A stretch of 64,000 bases of DNA. Source: Anaerolineae bacterium. GTDB lineage: Bacteria > Chloroflexota > Anaerolineae > Promineifilales > Promineifilaceae. A program made the translations under genes and the position numbers. Numbering within the stretch: position 1 is the stretch's first letter; each line of letters opens with the position of its first letter. The notes under the pieces are model-generated. The model made no database searches, was not told the origin of the DNA, and saw only the letters and a list, made by a program, of their open reading frames with translations. Where the stretch lies: contig JBGCDP010000222.1 in NCBI GenBank assembly GCA_045105475.1, positions 4,471 through 68,470 of the forward strand. The letters are read 5' to 3'. Below, piece by piece: positions 26,884 to 37,041 of the stretch.

Positions 26884-28647
26884 TAGATGGCTCTCTTGAT
26901 CAACAACAGATTCTTTACTTGAATCTGTTGTTGGCTCAATGTAAGCAGGGAGCGTAAACCAAAAACAGCTTCCCTGCCCTGGCTCACTGTCAACCCCTAC
27001 AGTCCCGTCTAACCGTTTAATAATGCGTTGAACGATTGATAAGCCTAAACCGGCCCCCATTTTTCTATTCCGCCCATAGTCTGTGAAAGGGCGAAACAAT
27101 TCAGGCTTTAAAGCTTCAGACACACCCGGCCCATTATCTTTAATCCAAAACTGAATCTCACCTGTACTTGAGATAAGAGTGGCCCCCAGCTCAATTTGAG
27201 GTGGATTCCCCCCATACTTAAGGGCATTCCCCAAATAGTTGTACCAGACCTCTTCAACCCACGGTGCAAATGCTAAAGCAACGGGCCAAGAGTCTGGGTA
27301 GCTAATCGTTGCCTCTGTTGCTCGGACCCGATGATCAAGTCTCTCAAGGGTTTCATTGATGAGATATTGAGTATTCATAGGCGCCACTTCAACTTCAGCT
27401 TCTCTTATCGCCGACAAAAGCATGAGCGCTTCGATTACAACACTCATTTTACGACTATCCTTCGCAATAATATCGGCCGAATGAGACACCGTCTCACGCG
27501 GAATCGCATTGCCGTCAAAACTCTCAATTTCTTGTTGCAAATATTCACTGAAGCCGACAATACGAGCCAACATATTCTGCAAATCATGAGCAACCGTATG
27601 ACCAAAAGCATCTAATTCAGCGTTACGCTCTTGCAGAATCGACTTACTTTGGCGTAAAGATTCAACAAGCCGTGCATTCTCAATTGCGGTTGCCGCTGAA
27701 TAAGCCAATGTTTCAGCTAAGCTTTGGTCACGTTCGTCAAAGTTCCCTTTTAACTTATTCACGAACTCCAAAACACCAAACACATTGCCATGCACTTTTA
27801 AAGGCACAGCAAGCAACGACAGCGTGTTAAAATTTATCTTTGAGTCGATATCCTTTGCAAAACGATCGTCTGTACTAACCTGATTTAAAATAGTGCTACG
27901 ATTATTTTTTCCGGCCCAGCCAACAATCCCTTCTCCACTCGCGACTCGAACGCCCTTAAGAGGTGGTGTTGCTGTTCGATGGGAAACTGCATGGCATTCA
28001 AGATGAGTCTGATCATCATCAGTCCAGAGCCAAATCGAGCTTCCCTCAGTCCCCAAAATCTCAATTGCATAGCGCATGAGCCGTGTCATAACCTGATCTA
28101 AGTCAAGAATAGAGGTAAGATCAGCCCCTACTAAATTTAAGTAAGATAGGGCCCGGTTACGATCCTGTAGAACAAATAGCATCTCCCTTTTTTCAATCTC
28201 TAATTGATGACGCCGCATCATTTGACGAATCACAATAGGCAGCATGGTTAGCCAAGCTTCGTTTTCGTCAAATACAATATAGTTTGAGGCACCTATTTCT
28301 AATGCTTTCGCTGCTACAGCTTCATTTCCAGGCTCAACTAAAATCAAAATGGATGGGGCGGTAGGAGATTGTTGAATCGTTTCGATAATTTGAAATACAT
28401 CAATCCCATTAGGGTCATGGCTAACCGCAATCAAATCAAACGAATTAGAGTCTAATTGGTCAAATACAGCTTGGCTAGACGCGATATGGTGAATCGCATA
28501 ACTTGTAGGTTCAAGCGCTTTCTTAAAAAGTTGGTGTCGCTGTAAATCTTTGTCAAGGCACAGGAGCCTAAGAAGTGAACCTTTGTCTATATCCATATGC
28601 AAATTACCTGTGTGGTGAGCAATCCTATCCACCGCCTCTCTGGGCAC
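26872..28647 (-). CDS. Hybrid sensor histidine kinase: degenerate receiver-like domain, GAF, HisKA, HATPase
   Basis: H-box HTVAHDLQN, N-box NALKYG, and G-boxes DNGPGV and GAGLGLSIV. The ATG at 28596 is an alternative to the GTG at 28647. Confidence 0.85.
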   Translation of the reverse strand: MPREAVDRIAHHTGNLHMDIDKGSLLRLLCLDKDLQRHQLFKKALEPTSYAIHHIASSQAVFDQLDSNSFDLIAVSHDPNGIDVFQIIETIQQSPTAPSILILVEPGNEAVAAKALEIGASNYIVFDENEAWLTMLPIVIRQMMRRHQLEIEKREMLFVLQDRNRALSYLNLVGADLTSILDLDQVMTRLMRYAIEILGTEGSSIWLWTDDDQTHLECHAVSHRTATPPLKGVRVASGEGIVGWAGKNNRSTILNQVSTDDRFAKDIDSKINFNTLSLLAVPLKVHGNVFGVLEFVNKLKGNFDERDQSLAETLAYSAATAIENARLVESLRQSKSILQERNAELDAFGHTVAHDLQNMLARIVGFSEYLQQEIESFDGNAIPRETVSHSADIIAKDSRKMSVVIEALMLLSAIREAEVEVAPMNTQYLINETLERLDHRVRATEATISYPDSWPVALAFAPWVEEVWYNYLGNALKYGGNPPQIELGATLISSTGEIQFWIKDNGPGVSEALKPELFRPFTDYGRNRKMGAGLGLSIVQRIIKRLDGTVGVDSEPGQGSCFWFTLPAYIEPTTDSSKESVVDQESHLLTS

Positions 28648-28789
28648 AAGACGAAAAATATGAGGTGTAGGGTTTGATATCAGTTACAGGATAGAGAACT
28701 ACAGGGATTCTAGCAATGTCCCATATGTCATGTATGACATATAAAAAAGCTGATTTTCTTAATTTAACGGGAACATTTAGTAAAAACGG

Positions 28790-29848
28790 TTACCACCAAG
28801 TCTGAAATTTTTTGATAGTAGAGACTTTTTCAGAATTTACACGAAAGGCTGAAACATCAATTATTACTTCTCGCCCAGCATTTCCGTTTGGATGATCAGG
28901 CAAATTGATTATTGCTTTATAAATTCCGGGAGTGTTTGTAAGCTCCAACTCTAAATCGAATCTATTCGCATCAGTGTTTTCCAAATCCGAAAATTGAGCA
29001 AATCCCGTGACAACTAAATCAGTAGCAATCACTGGCTCGCTTGAAATACGGTTAATTACTTCAACGGTAACTACCTGCTGGTTATTTGTATAAAGAACTG
29101 GATATTTCACTGAAACATGAACTGCGTAATCTTCGGCCGGTACTGCTACAGGCAAGGTGTTAATGGGGCTGGTTCGGTTTGGGAATTGGGGAATGAAAAT
29201 CTGTGTGATGCCATCTTCAACTAATAGTTCAGGATTGTTATTAAGAAGGTGGTCACGTCCGAGGCTTTGGTGCGAAACAGTTTGACTATTTGGATTCCAG
29301 CGCAGGCTGGTATTTTCATAGTAAATGACAAATCGATCCCCCATTTGGATAAAGCTTGTAACAGGTTCGCCTAAAAATTGATCATTCTCAGTCTCTGCCA
29401 AAAAGTCAAAAAACTGAGACGTATCCGGAAGAAAATCGGCCGATTGAGTTTCAGGTTGTGAAAGCACTCCTAGTGGAAACACCTCAACTTCTTGAGAATT
29501 CCCATTAGGCGGAGCCATTAATAGCACCCCTTCAAAATATTGAATCGTACGATCACCATACCCTTCAATTGGAACCGTATCAATTCGACTAATTGGGGGT
29601 CCCATCATAAGGCAATTTTTTTCAAAGACGGGTAGAAATGGTGGATGAATTTCAATATCACCACGGTAAGTACAACTACCGTCTGCAGTGATAGCTAGCG
29701 GGATAATAAGGTAACCCATCGCTGAAATGATTCCCACTAAGCTAATAATGCCTCCCAAACGTGCCATAACAAAATCAAACCAGCCGGGCTGTTTTTCCGG
29801 AGGCCTAACTAAATTTGGAGGGTCTGACATTTGCTTAACTTCTACCAT
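28790..29848 (-). CDS. Hypothetical membrane-anchored extracytoplasmic protein
   Basis: One N-terminal TM segment. I recognise no family. Confidence 0.5.
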   Translation of the reverse strand: MVEVKQMSDPPNLVRPPEKQPGWFDFVMARLGGIISLVGIISAMGYLIIPLAITADGSCTYRGDIEIHPPFLPVFEKNCLMMGPPISRIDTVPIEGYGDRTIQYFEGVLLMAPPNGNSQEVEVFPLGVLSQPETQSADFLPDTSQFFDFLAETENDQFLGEPVTSFIQMGDRFVIYYENTSLRWNPNSQTVSHQSLGRDHLLNNNPELLVEDGITQIFIPQFPNRTSPINTLPVAVPAEDYAVHVSVKYPVLYTNNQQVVTVEVINRISSEPVIATDLVVTGFAQFSDLENTDANRFDLELELTNTPGIYKAIINLPDHPNGNAGREVIIDVSAFRVNSEKVSTIKKFQTWW

Positions 29849-29883
29849 AACTATCTATAAGTTTAATCACAAGTGATTACTAA

Positions 29884-30825
29884 TTACCAGGGTTCTTCCA
29901 GTAAATTCTCGTGCTCTTCCCGCAATCGTTGATAACTATCAAAACGCGCGGCCGAAATATCCCCATTTTCTACAGCCTTTAAAACCGCACAGCCCGGTTC
30001 TTTTGTATGTGAACAGTCGCTAAACTGGCAGTCAGACACAAATGGTTCAATTTCGATAAAGTAGGCGTCTAATTCTTCTGGTTGTATGTCATAAAGGGCC
30101 CAACCACGGATGCCGGGAGTGTCCGCAACCCATCCCCCAAAGTGCAGAGGGAAAAGCTGTCCATAACGAGTTGTGTGCATCCCTTTTCCGGTTGCATCAC
30201 TGACATTACTGGTGCCTAAACCTAGTTTCGGTTGAACAGCATTCAACAGGCTCGATTTACCAACACCAGAGGATCCAGCAAACACAGAGACTTTATCTTT
30301 TAGTAAGTCACGAAGCTCCTGTACCCCTTGGTCAGCTTCTGCACTGGTGTAAACGACGTCATACCCAATCTTTTTATAGATGCCGAACTGAGCTTCCGCT
30401 TCTTCTAAAGTTCCTAAATCTAGTTTGTTGACACAAATAGTCGCGGGAATGTTTTGCTGTTCTGTAACCACCAAAAGTCGGTCAAGTTTGCGAATGCTGG
30501 TTGTCGGTTTCTTGAGGGAAAAGACAAAAACAACCTGATCGACGTTAGCAACCAATACCTGTTCTTTATCAGTTTTCCATGAGCGATTATGTGCCGATGG
30601 CCGACTACGAGAGAGCGCATTAAATCGCTCTTCTATAGACTCGACAATTCCATTTTCTTCATTTGGGTTATAAGTAAATGTAACCTGATCTCCCAAGGCA
30701 ACAATATCTGTCAGGCTTCGCTCCCGCTTTAATTTACCCGGCAACTTGCATACAAAATCTTCCCCAGAATCAGTGCGAACCGTATAAAAACCGCTAATCG
30801 ATTTAATGACCAATCCTTTTTGCAT
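29884..30825 (-). CDS. rsgA: Ribosome small-subunit-dependent GTPase A
   Basis: Motifs NKLDL, GSSGVGKSSLLN and the zinc knuckle CQFSDCSHTKEPGCAV. The ATG at 30825 is preferred to the TTG at 30849. Confidence 0.9.
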   Translation of the reverse strand: MQKGLVIKSISGFYTVRTDSGEDFVCKLPGKLKRERSLTDIVALGDQVTFTYNPNEENGIVESIEERFNALSRSRPSAHNRSWKTDKEQVLVANVDQVVFVFSLKKPTTSIRKLDRLLVVTEQQNIPATICVNKLDLGTLEEAEAQFGIYKKIGYDVVYTSAEADQGVQELRDLLKDKVSVFAGSSGVGKSSLLNAVQPKLGLGTSNVSDATGKGMHTTRYGQLFPLHFGGWVADTPGIRGWALYDIQPEELDAYFIEIEPFVSDCQFSDCSHTKEPGCAVLKAVENGDISAARFDSYQRLREEHENLLEEPW

Positions 30826-30977
30826 TAAATGTTTGTTTCCGTTTTGCAAATAAAAAGTTTTTTCATATAAGCCATAGTATAGCTGAAAACGATCTTATGA
30901 TATAGGAGGAGTATCATTTATTATGTCAACTTCACGTTGCCAGCAGCTCTTCAAGCAAAAAGATTGGCAGAAAAGTA

Positions 30978-31646
30978 CTACTTCCAAGCAAACTTTGGCT
31001 GCTCAAAATGAGCCACTCTCGTATGGTTTTCTAAAATCGCAACTTCACGAAACTGAAACAAAATCGCACCAGTAGGAGCTGCAATCCAGCGGCTCCCTAT
31101 GTGCATTTTCAAAACTGGGCTATTGCTTTCAGGAATTGTTTCAAGCATGGGCGAATCCAAGCGGAGCAGCTCACGAACGGGGATGCGATGGACAGAGGCA
31201 ACTTCGGCCGGATTTGGCTTAAACTCACATGCATCCCCGCCCCACACCACAATGGGCGTCATCACAAAACCAGAGCGGGTGGTGAAATCATCTAACCTGC
31301 CTATGATTTGATCTTGCCCTAGCGTTAATCCCACCTCTTCATCTAACTCACGTAATGCCGCTTCTTCAGGCGTTTCACCTGCATCCATTCGGCCGCCGGG
31401 AAGCGCCCACTGCCCAGAATGACGATTCATCTTTGCCGCACGCTCGGTCAGCACCAAAGCACATTCAGAGCACATCGACTCATTAAATTCCAGACCATAC
31501 AAAGCTGGATCATGATGAACATCGACAATGACCAAGGCCACCGCGGCTCTTCGTAGCCCATCAGCCAGATGCTGCTGTGCTTTAAAATGACTAAGTCGGC
31601 TTTTTATTGAAGTTTTTAAGGATGAATCGCAAACAAGGTTGATCAT
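30978..31646 (-). CDS. NUDIX hydrolase (CoA pyrophosphatase-like)
   Basis: The Nudix box is GGRMDAGETPEEAALRELDEEVGL. Confidence 0.8.
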   Translation of the reverse strand: MINLVCDSSLKTSIKSRLSHFKAQQHLADGLRRAAVALVIVDVHHDPALYGLEFNESMCSECALVLTERAAKMNRHSGQWALPGGRMDAGETPEEAALRELDEEVGLTLGQDQIIGRLDDFTTRSGFVMTPIVVWGGDACEFKPNPAEVASVHRIPVRELLRLDSPMLETIPESNSPVLKMHIGSRWIAAPTGAILFQFREVAILENHTRVAHFEQPKFAWK

Positions 31647-31796
31647 AATTTCTGTTCCTACCTCAACTGTATTCTATTTCCTTTGGCTCAGGCAAAAAAG
31701 GACTATTTCAGCTTGCCAATTTTGAATTATTAGGCTCTACTCACCAAAATTTAACAGATCTATTCCAGACTCAAATTAGCTGATCGGAGTTTTTAA

Positions 31797-32873
31797 ATGA
31801 TTGATTGTGATGTACACAACGATTGGGTGAATGCAGATGTCCTGTTGCCATACATGGATGGCCTTTTTCATGATTATTTAAAGCGTGGCGAGCGCGTGGG
31901 TGGTGCCTCAAGTTTTCCACACGGACATCGGCCGTGGTTACATCCAGAAGGATACCGTCGGGCCGACTTAAATCCGGCTGAAGGCGAAACAGCTGGGTCA
32001 GACTACGCCATGATGAAGCGGGAACTGCTCGACAAGTATGACCTCGAATATGCGATTTTGACCGGTGAAGAGATCATAGATCTTTCGACGATTGCAAACC
32101 CATACTATGCCAGTGCCATGGCGAAGGCCAATAACGAATATGTCATTCATGAGTGGCTGTCGCTCGACAAACGCTTAAAAGGGTCACTAGCTATCGCACC
32201 CCAAGATCCACAAGGGGCCGCGGCCGAAATCCGACGCAGAGGTGATCATCCTGACATCCTGCAAGTCATGCTAAGTTCAGCCGCACGTCGGCCGTACGGG
32301 GACCCGTTTTACCATCCAATTTGGGAAGCAGCAGCCGAGGTGGGTCTGCCTGTTGCGATGCATTTAGGCGGCACCGGTGGCGTTAACTCTGATTCGAGCT
32401 TCACAATGCCCCCAACATTCTACTATGAGCACCATGCACTCCTTTGCCAAAGTGCAATGAGCCACATCGCCAGCTTAATTTTGCACGGCGTTTTTGAAAA
32501 ATGGCCTACACTCCAATTTGTGATTATCGAATGTGGCATTGCGTGGCTACCACCTGTGCTATGGCGCTTGGATTCAGGCTGGAAAGCGTTGCGCAAAGAA
32601 ACCCCATGGCTCAAACGGCTGCCCAGCGAATATGCTAAAGACCATATTCGCTTTACAACTCAACCGCTCGAGCAGCCACCTAATCGGGATCATTTATACG
32701 CGATGCTTGAAGCAATGGACGGCAAAAACACCCTTCTATTTGCGTCTGATTATCCACATTGGGACTTTGATGATCCATATAAGGTCGATATTCCCAAAGA
32801 CTGGCATGAAAATGTGTTCGATTTGAACATTCGCAAGGTGTATAAAAAACTACCTCAAAAAAGTAACCAGTAG
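31797..32873 (+). CDS. Amidohydrolase-2 (ACMSD/decarboxylase-like) family metal hydrolase
   Basis: N-terminal IDCDVHN and a C-terminal FASDYPHWD metal-ligand pattern. Confidence 0.8.
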   Translation: MIDCDVHNDWVNADVLLPYMDGLFHDYLKRGERVGGASSFPHGHRPWLHPEGYRRADLNPAEGETAGSDYAMMKRELLDKYDLEYAILTGEEIIDLSTIANPYYASAMAKANNEYVIHEWLSLDKRLKGSLAIAPQDPQGAAAEIRRRGDHPDILQVMLSSAARRPYGDPFYHPIWEAAAEVGLPVAMHLGGTGGVNSDSSFTMPPTFYYEHHALLCQSAMSHIASLILHGVFEKWPTLQFVIIECGIAWLPPVLWRLDSGWKALRKETPWLKRLPSEYAKDHIRFTTQPLEQPPNRDHLYAMLEAMDGKNTLLFASDYPHWDFDDPYKVDIPKDWHENVFDLNIRKVYKKLPQKSNQ

Positions 32874-32943
32874 CCAGTGATCAGTGTCCGGTTGAATATA
32901 ACCGAAACTGTTCACTGGGCGCTGATTACTTTGCACTAAAAAA

Positions 32944-33297
32944 ATGGCAAAGAAACAATTTAAGATTGGCCCGGCTAATCTAAATCCGGGTGAACGAAAA
33001 ATCATAGAGATTGATGGCAAAAGCATAGGCCTGTTTAATGTGAAAGGTGAATATTTCGCCTTACACAATCGCTGCCCTCATATGGGTGGAAACTTATGCG
33101 CTGGCCCAGTGACTGGCACAACGCTACCAACCGACAAAACAGAATTTATCTACGGCCGGGAAGGGGAGCTAGTCCGTTGTGGCTGGCATGGGTGGGAGTT
33201 TGAAATCCAATCTGGCCAATGCACCGTTGACCCGAAGATGCGAGCGAAGGTGTATAAAGTTTCAGTTGAAGATGAACAGTTGACCATACATATTTAG
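32944..33297 (+). CDS. Rieske [2Fe-2S] domain protein
   Basis: Motifs CPHMGG and CGWHGWEF. Confidence 0.8.
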   Translation: MAKKQFKIGPANLNPGERKIIEIDGKSIGLFNVKGEYFALHNRCPHMGGNLCAGPVTGTTLPTDKTEFIYGREGELVRCGWHGWEFEIQSGQCTVDPKMRAKVYKVSVEDEQLTIHI

Positions 33298-33336
33298 GAA
33301 AGTCAGCTAATGGCTGATATCTAAAAGAGGAAAGAA

Positions 33337-35226
33337 ATGAGTTACTCCACTACTTACGCAGATTGGCAAGCAGATCCGGTTGGATTTTGGGAAAAGGCGG
33401 CCGAAAAGATCGATTGGACTAAAAAATGGGACCAAGCTCTCGACGCGAGTCAAGAGCCAATCTACCGCTGGTTTCAGGGAGGCGAAACAAACACCTGCTA
33501 CAACTGTCTTGATCGTCACGTTGAACGAGGTCGGGCCGATCAAGCCGCCTTAATCTATGACAGCCCCATTACGGGCCAAATCAAAAGTTATACCTATCGA
33601 GAACTGCGTGATGAAGTAGCTAAGTTGGCCGGAGTCATTTCAGATTTAGGGGTGAGCAAAGGGGATCGGGTCATCATTTATATGCCGATGGTGCCAGAAG
33701 CGGCGATGGCGATGCTCGCTTGCGCCCGAATCGGGGCGATTCACTCGGTGGTTTTTGGCGGATTTGCCGCCAACGAGCTGGCAACCCGTATCGATGATGC
33801 CAAACCTGATCTAATTATTTCAGCCTCTTGTGGAATTGAACCCTCCCGAATCGTTGAATACAAACCTCTTTTAGACGGTGCCATCGATCTGGCTAAACAC
33901 AAGGTGGGCAACACGATTATTTTGCAGCGCGAGCAACATCGGTGTGATTTGATTGACGGCCGAGACATCGATTGGTCGGCCGCCATGAGCAGCGCACATC
34001 CTGTAGATTGTGTCCCTGTGGGGGCAACAGACCCGTGCTACATCTTGTATACCAGCGGTACAACGGGTCAACCAAAAGGGGTGGTGCGAGATACCGGATC
34101 ACATATGGTGGGCTTGTATTGGTCGATGAAAAACGTATATGGGGTTGATCCTGGTGAAGTTTACTGGGCCGCATCAGATGTGGGCTGGGTTGTGGGGCAT
34201 AGCTATATCGTGTACGCCCCACTATTGCATGGCAACACCTCGATTATGTTTGAAGGCAAGCCGGTGGGAACACCAGATGCGGGGACGTTTTGGCGTGTGA
34301 TCGAACAACATAAAGTAGCGGCGATGTTTACCGCTCCGACCGCATTCCGAGCGATTAAACGGGAAGATCCACAAGGTGAGCTAATCGCAGATTATGACTT
34401 AAGTCACTTTAGAACGCTCTTTTTAGCGGGAGAACGGTGTGATCCTGATACGCTTCATTGGGCGGAAGACAAGCTCGGTGTACCAGTGATTGATCATTGG
34501 TGGCAAACAGAAACCGGCTGGTCGATTTGTGCCAATCCGGTGGGATTGGGCGTTTTGCCGGTGAAACCGGGTTCGGCCGGGGTTCCAATGCCAGGGTACG
34601 ACGTGCAAATTCTAAGCCCCGAAGGGGAGCAAATCCCACCAGGTGAGATCGGGGCGGTAGTTATTAAGCTACCCCTACCACCAAGCTCTTTACCCACTTT
34701 ATGGCAGCGAGATGATCTGTACATATCCAAATATTTAGCTGAATATGAAGGATATTACTCAACGGCCGATGCCGGTTTCAAAGACGAAGATGGGTATCTA
34801 CACATCATGGCGCGTACGGACGACATTATTAATGTTGCCGGACACCGGCTCTCGACAGGTGGCATCGAAGAGGTGCTTGCAGGCCATCCAGATGTCGCAG
34901 AATGCGCAGTGCTTGGTGTCAAAGATGACCTAAAAGGTGAAATCCCTATTGGGTTACTGGTTCTTAATGCGGGTGTCGAGCGTAGTAAAGATGAAATTGT
35001 GGCTGAGGTTGTGCAAATGGTGCGAGATCAGATTGGGCCGGTGGCTGCGTTTAAGAAAGCAACGGTCGTTGAGCGTTTACCCAAAACTCGCTCAGGCAAA
35101 ATTTTACGGGGCACGATTAAGAAGATTGCAGATCAAACACCATGGAAGATGCCAGCAACGATTGATGATCCGGTAATTTTAGATGAGATGGGAGACGCGG
35201 TCGGCCGATTGGGGTATGGAGGCTAG
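33337..35226 (+). CDS. prpE: Propionate/acetate--CoA ligase family (PrpE/Acs-like)
   Basis: AMP-binding motif YTSGTTGQPKG, N-terminus YADWQADPVGFWEKAAEKIDW, and a C-terminal PKTRSGKILR motif. Confidence 0.8.
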   Translation: MSYSTTYADWQADPVGFWEKAAEKIDWTKKWDQALDASQEPIYRWFQGGETNTCYNCLDRHVERGRADQAALIYDSPITGQIKSYTYRELRDEVAKLAGVISDLGVSKGDRVIIYMPMVPEAAMAMLACARIGAIHSVVFGGFAANELATRIDDAKPDLIISASCGIEPSRIVEYKPLLDGAIDLAKHKVGNTIILQREQHRCDLIDGRDIDWSAAMSSAHPVDCVPVGATDPCYILYTSGTTGQPKGVVRDTGSHMVGLYWSMKNVYGVDPGEVYWAASDVGWVVGHSYIVYAPLLHGNTSIMFEGKPVGTPDAGTFWRVIEQHKVAAMFTAPTAFRAIKREDPQGELIADYDLSHFRTLFLAGERCDPDTLHWAEDKLGVPVIDHWWQTETGWSICANPVGLGVLPVKPGSAGVPMPGYDVQILSPEGEQIPPGEIGAVVIKLPLPPSSLPTLWQRDDLYISKYLAEYEGYYSTADAGFKDEDGYLHIMARTDDIINVAGHRLSTGGIEEVLAGHPDVAECAVLGVKDDLKGEIPIGLLVLNAGVERSKDEIVAEVVQMVRDQIGPVAAFKKATVVERLPKTRSGKILRGTIKKIADQTPWKMPATIDDPVILDEMGDAVGRLGYGG

Positions 35227-35351
35227 CAAACGTTCAGCACGCCACGCTCTCAATCAGGTATTTTCTGAAACTGGCATAGTTTGGCACAAAAAAATATCGA
35301 TTTGGCATAGGATTCTGACTTAAGATCGGTTTATGTTCGAGTCGGCCGTCA

Positions 35352-35702
35352 ATGGTTTTTAAAATCATCGGCCGACCCGATATGAAAAACAACCACCTTA
35401 TGGAGAATCCCTTTATGGAATTTACCCTGATCGATTTTTTAGTTGGCTTTTTACTCATGAACGCAATGCCACATTGGATATTTGGGATTACTAAAACCCG
35501 GATGCTCAGTGCCTTTGGGTTCAGCCATCAAGCCAACATCGCTTATTCGTTTTTAAATATCGCCATCGCTCTCTCGCTGCTTCAGTTTCAATATGGCCTA
35601 ACACAGTTACTTAATAATGGTGTTGTTATTGGCGCTCTGGCGATGCTTGTTATTTATTATCTGACTGGGAAATTTTTCCTCACTTTGTTTGAAGAAAAAT
35701 AA
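35352..35702 (+). CDS. Hypothetical small membrane protein
   Basis: Three hydrophobic segments. The start is uncertain; ATGs lie at 35382, 35400 and 35415, and the last has GGAGA upstream. Confidence 0.4.
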   Translation: MVFKIIGRPDMKNNHLMENPFMEFTLIDFLVGFLLMNAMPHWIFGITKTRMLSAFGFSHQANIAYSFLNIAIALSLLQFQYGLTQLLNNGVVIGALAMLVIYYLTGKFFLTLFEEK

Positions 35703-35735
35703 AATTGAATAGTCTGCATTTAAGGAGAAAATCTA

Positions 35736-36125
35736 ATGTTATTACCTCATCACATGTTACGGCCGTTGTTTCGCATCGATGGGATTGTCACCACCCTAGC
35801 AGGCCTTTTGATGGTCACGATTCCGGGCATGCTCATTAGCATGCTTCAGCTCGGCTCAATTTCACCCCTTTGGACACGCATTATTGGCGTGGTTTGGCTA
35901 TTGTTCGGTTTATGGCTATTGACCTTATGGAATGCAGACTACACCAAAGGTGGGGCACTGTTTGCGATGATTGTTCTAGAGCTAAACGGACTGCTCTTGG
36001 TTGTGGCCGCAATTTTTGGCGGCTTTGGCTTGGGCGCAATGGGTTGGATTACGATGATCGGCACTGCGGTGTTTATCTATTTTGTCGCATCGCAGTGGTG
36101 GTTCTATCGGCCGGAATTGGCTTGA
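35736..36125 (+). CDS. Hypothetical 4-TM membrane protein
   Basis: AAGGAGA lies upstream of the ATG. There are four hydrophobic helices. Confidence 0.5.
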   Translation: MLLPHHMLRPLFRIDGIVTTLAGLLMVTIPGMLISMLQLGSISPLWTRIIGVVWLLFGLWLLTLWNADYTKGGALFAMIVLELNGLLLVVAAIFGGFGLGAMGWITMIGTAVFIYFVASQWWFYRPELA

Positions 36126-36163
36126 ATCTAAAATAAGTCTAATCAATAGTCTCAAGTAAAAAT

Positions 36164-36202
36164 AAAAAAGGCCGATGATTTTAAAATCATCGGCCTTTTT
36201 TT
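36164..36202. terminator. Bidirectional rho-independent terminator
   Basis: The sequence is AAAAAA-ggccgatgatttt/aaaatcatcggcc-TTTTTTT. It lies between the membrane-protein gene and the convergent tRNA. Confidence 0.75.
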
Positions 36203-36207
36203 GTCTG

Positions 36208-36288
36208 TACCGGAGGTGGGACTCGAACCCACACACCAAGGGTATGCGATTTTGAATCGCACGCGTCTGCCAATTCCGCCACTCCGGC
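36208..36288 (-). tRNA. tRNA-Leu (anticodon CAA), class II with long variable arm
   Basis: I folded it by hand. The acceptor is GCCGGAG/CTCCGGT, the anticodon stem is tgcga/tcgca with loop TTCAAAA, the T-arm is gtggg-TTCGAGT-cccac, and the variable arm is 12 nt. CCA is not encoded. Confidence 0.85.
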
Positions 36289-36378
36289 ATACAGTCTGCA
36301 CGAACGAAAGAAGATTATATTCAAGAACGAAAAAAAGCAAAAGAAAAATTCACAATTGATTACACTCTTAAAATATAT

Positions 36379-36774
36379 CTACGTATTTAGAATGCTATTA
36401 ATCACACGAGACGTCCGTCGGATCTCATGCATAACCAGCCCAATCTTTGCATTTTTATCTACGATAGCTGCGATTGCCGCATTCTCATTAACCGGAACTA
36501 CAATTAAAGCTCCATAATCCCCTTCAATTAAGAGTCGGTTCAAATTACCTTGTGACATTTGCATCAGCGTCTTTTCACCTAATCCGGTCAACGCGGCCGT
36601 CATCGCAGCAATCTGCGGACTATTCGCTTTCTGTCCTGTTAAATCTTCTGGCGTATGTGCTGCCACAACAAATCCATCAATACTCACAACAACCGTATCT
36701 TGAATACTGTCCATGCGATTGGTTAGATTTTGTAATTCCTGCTCTAGTTTTTCACTGCGGTATAGATTAGACAT
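36379..36774 (-). CDS. Roadblock/LC7 (MglB-like) domain protein
   Basis: The pattern VVVSIDGFVVAA...LLIEGDYGALIVVPV is typical of Roadblock/LC7. Confidence 0.75.
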   Translation of the reverse strand: MSNLYRSEKLEQELQNLTNRMDSIQDTVVVSIDGFVVAAHTPEDLTGQKANSPQIAAMTAALTGLGEKTLMQMSQGNLNRLLIEGDYGALIVVPVNENAAIAAIVDKNAKIGLVMHEIRRTSRVINSILNT

Positions 36775-37041
36775 TTTCCCGAAGTTAAACGATTCCTACG
36801 ATTTTAGTACTACAGAAATCGCCCTACAGAGTCATTTTATTTGACTCAAGATTATTCAATTTATGTTTGCGACAAAGGGGTGGGCATGAATCATCTTTTT
36901 GTACGACTACCATTATCTCAATTCTAGTTTTCTACAATCGAAAATTTACCCGTAAGAAAATATTATAGGCTCTTTTTAACTGTTGCCAATGGTATCTAAG
37001 AACGATTCCATTGAAATGCAGTTTTCGTATCTTTTATTAAT

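Noticed and set aside
35341-35380. An 8-bp inverted repeat gtcggccg...cggccgac with a 20-nt loop, considered as a regulatory hairpin.
   Set aside because: It is formed by two copies of the ubiquitous CGGCCG motif and has a large loop. It is most likely a by-product of motif density.
36152-36340. ORFs 35982-36290 and 36152-36340 on the minus strand.
   Set aside because: They overlap the tRNA-Leu gene and the terminator. They have no coding features.
36126-36378. tRNA-Leu as an integration hotspot flanking a genomic island.
   Set aside because: No integrase lies nearby. I could not find a direct repeat of the tRNA 3' end. The flanking genes have native composition and carry CGGCCG copies.
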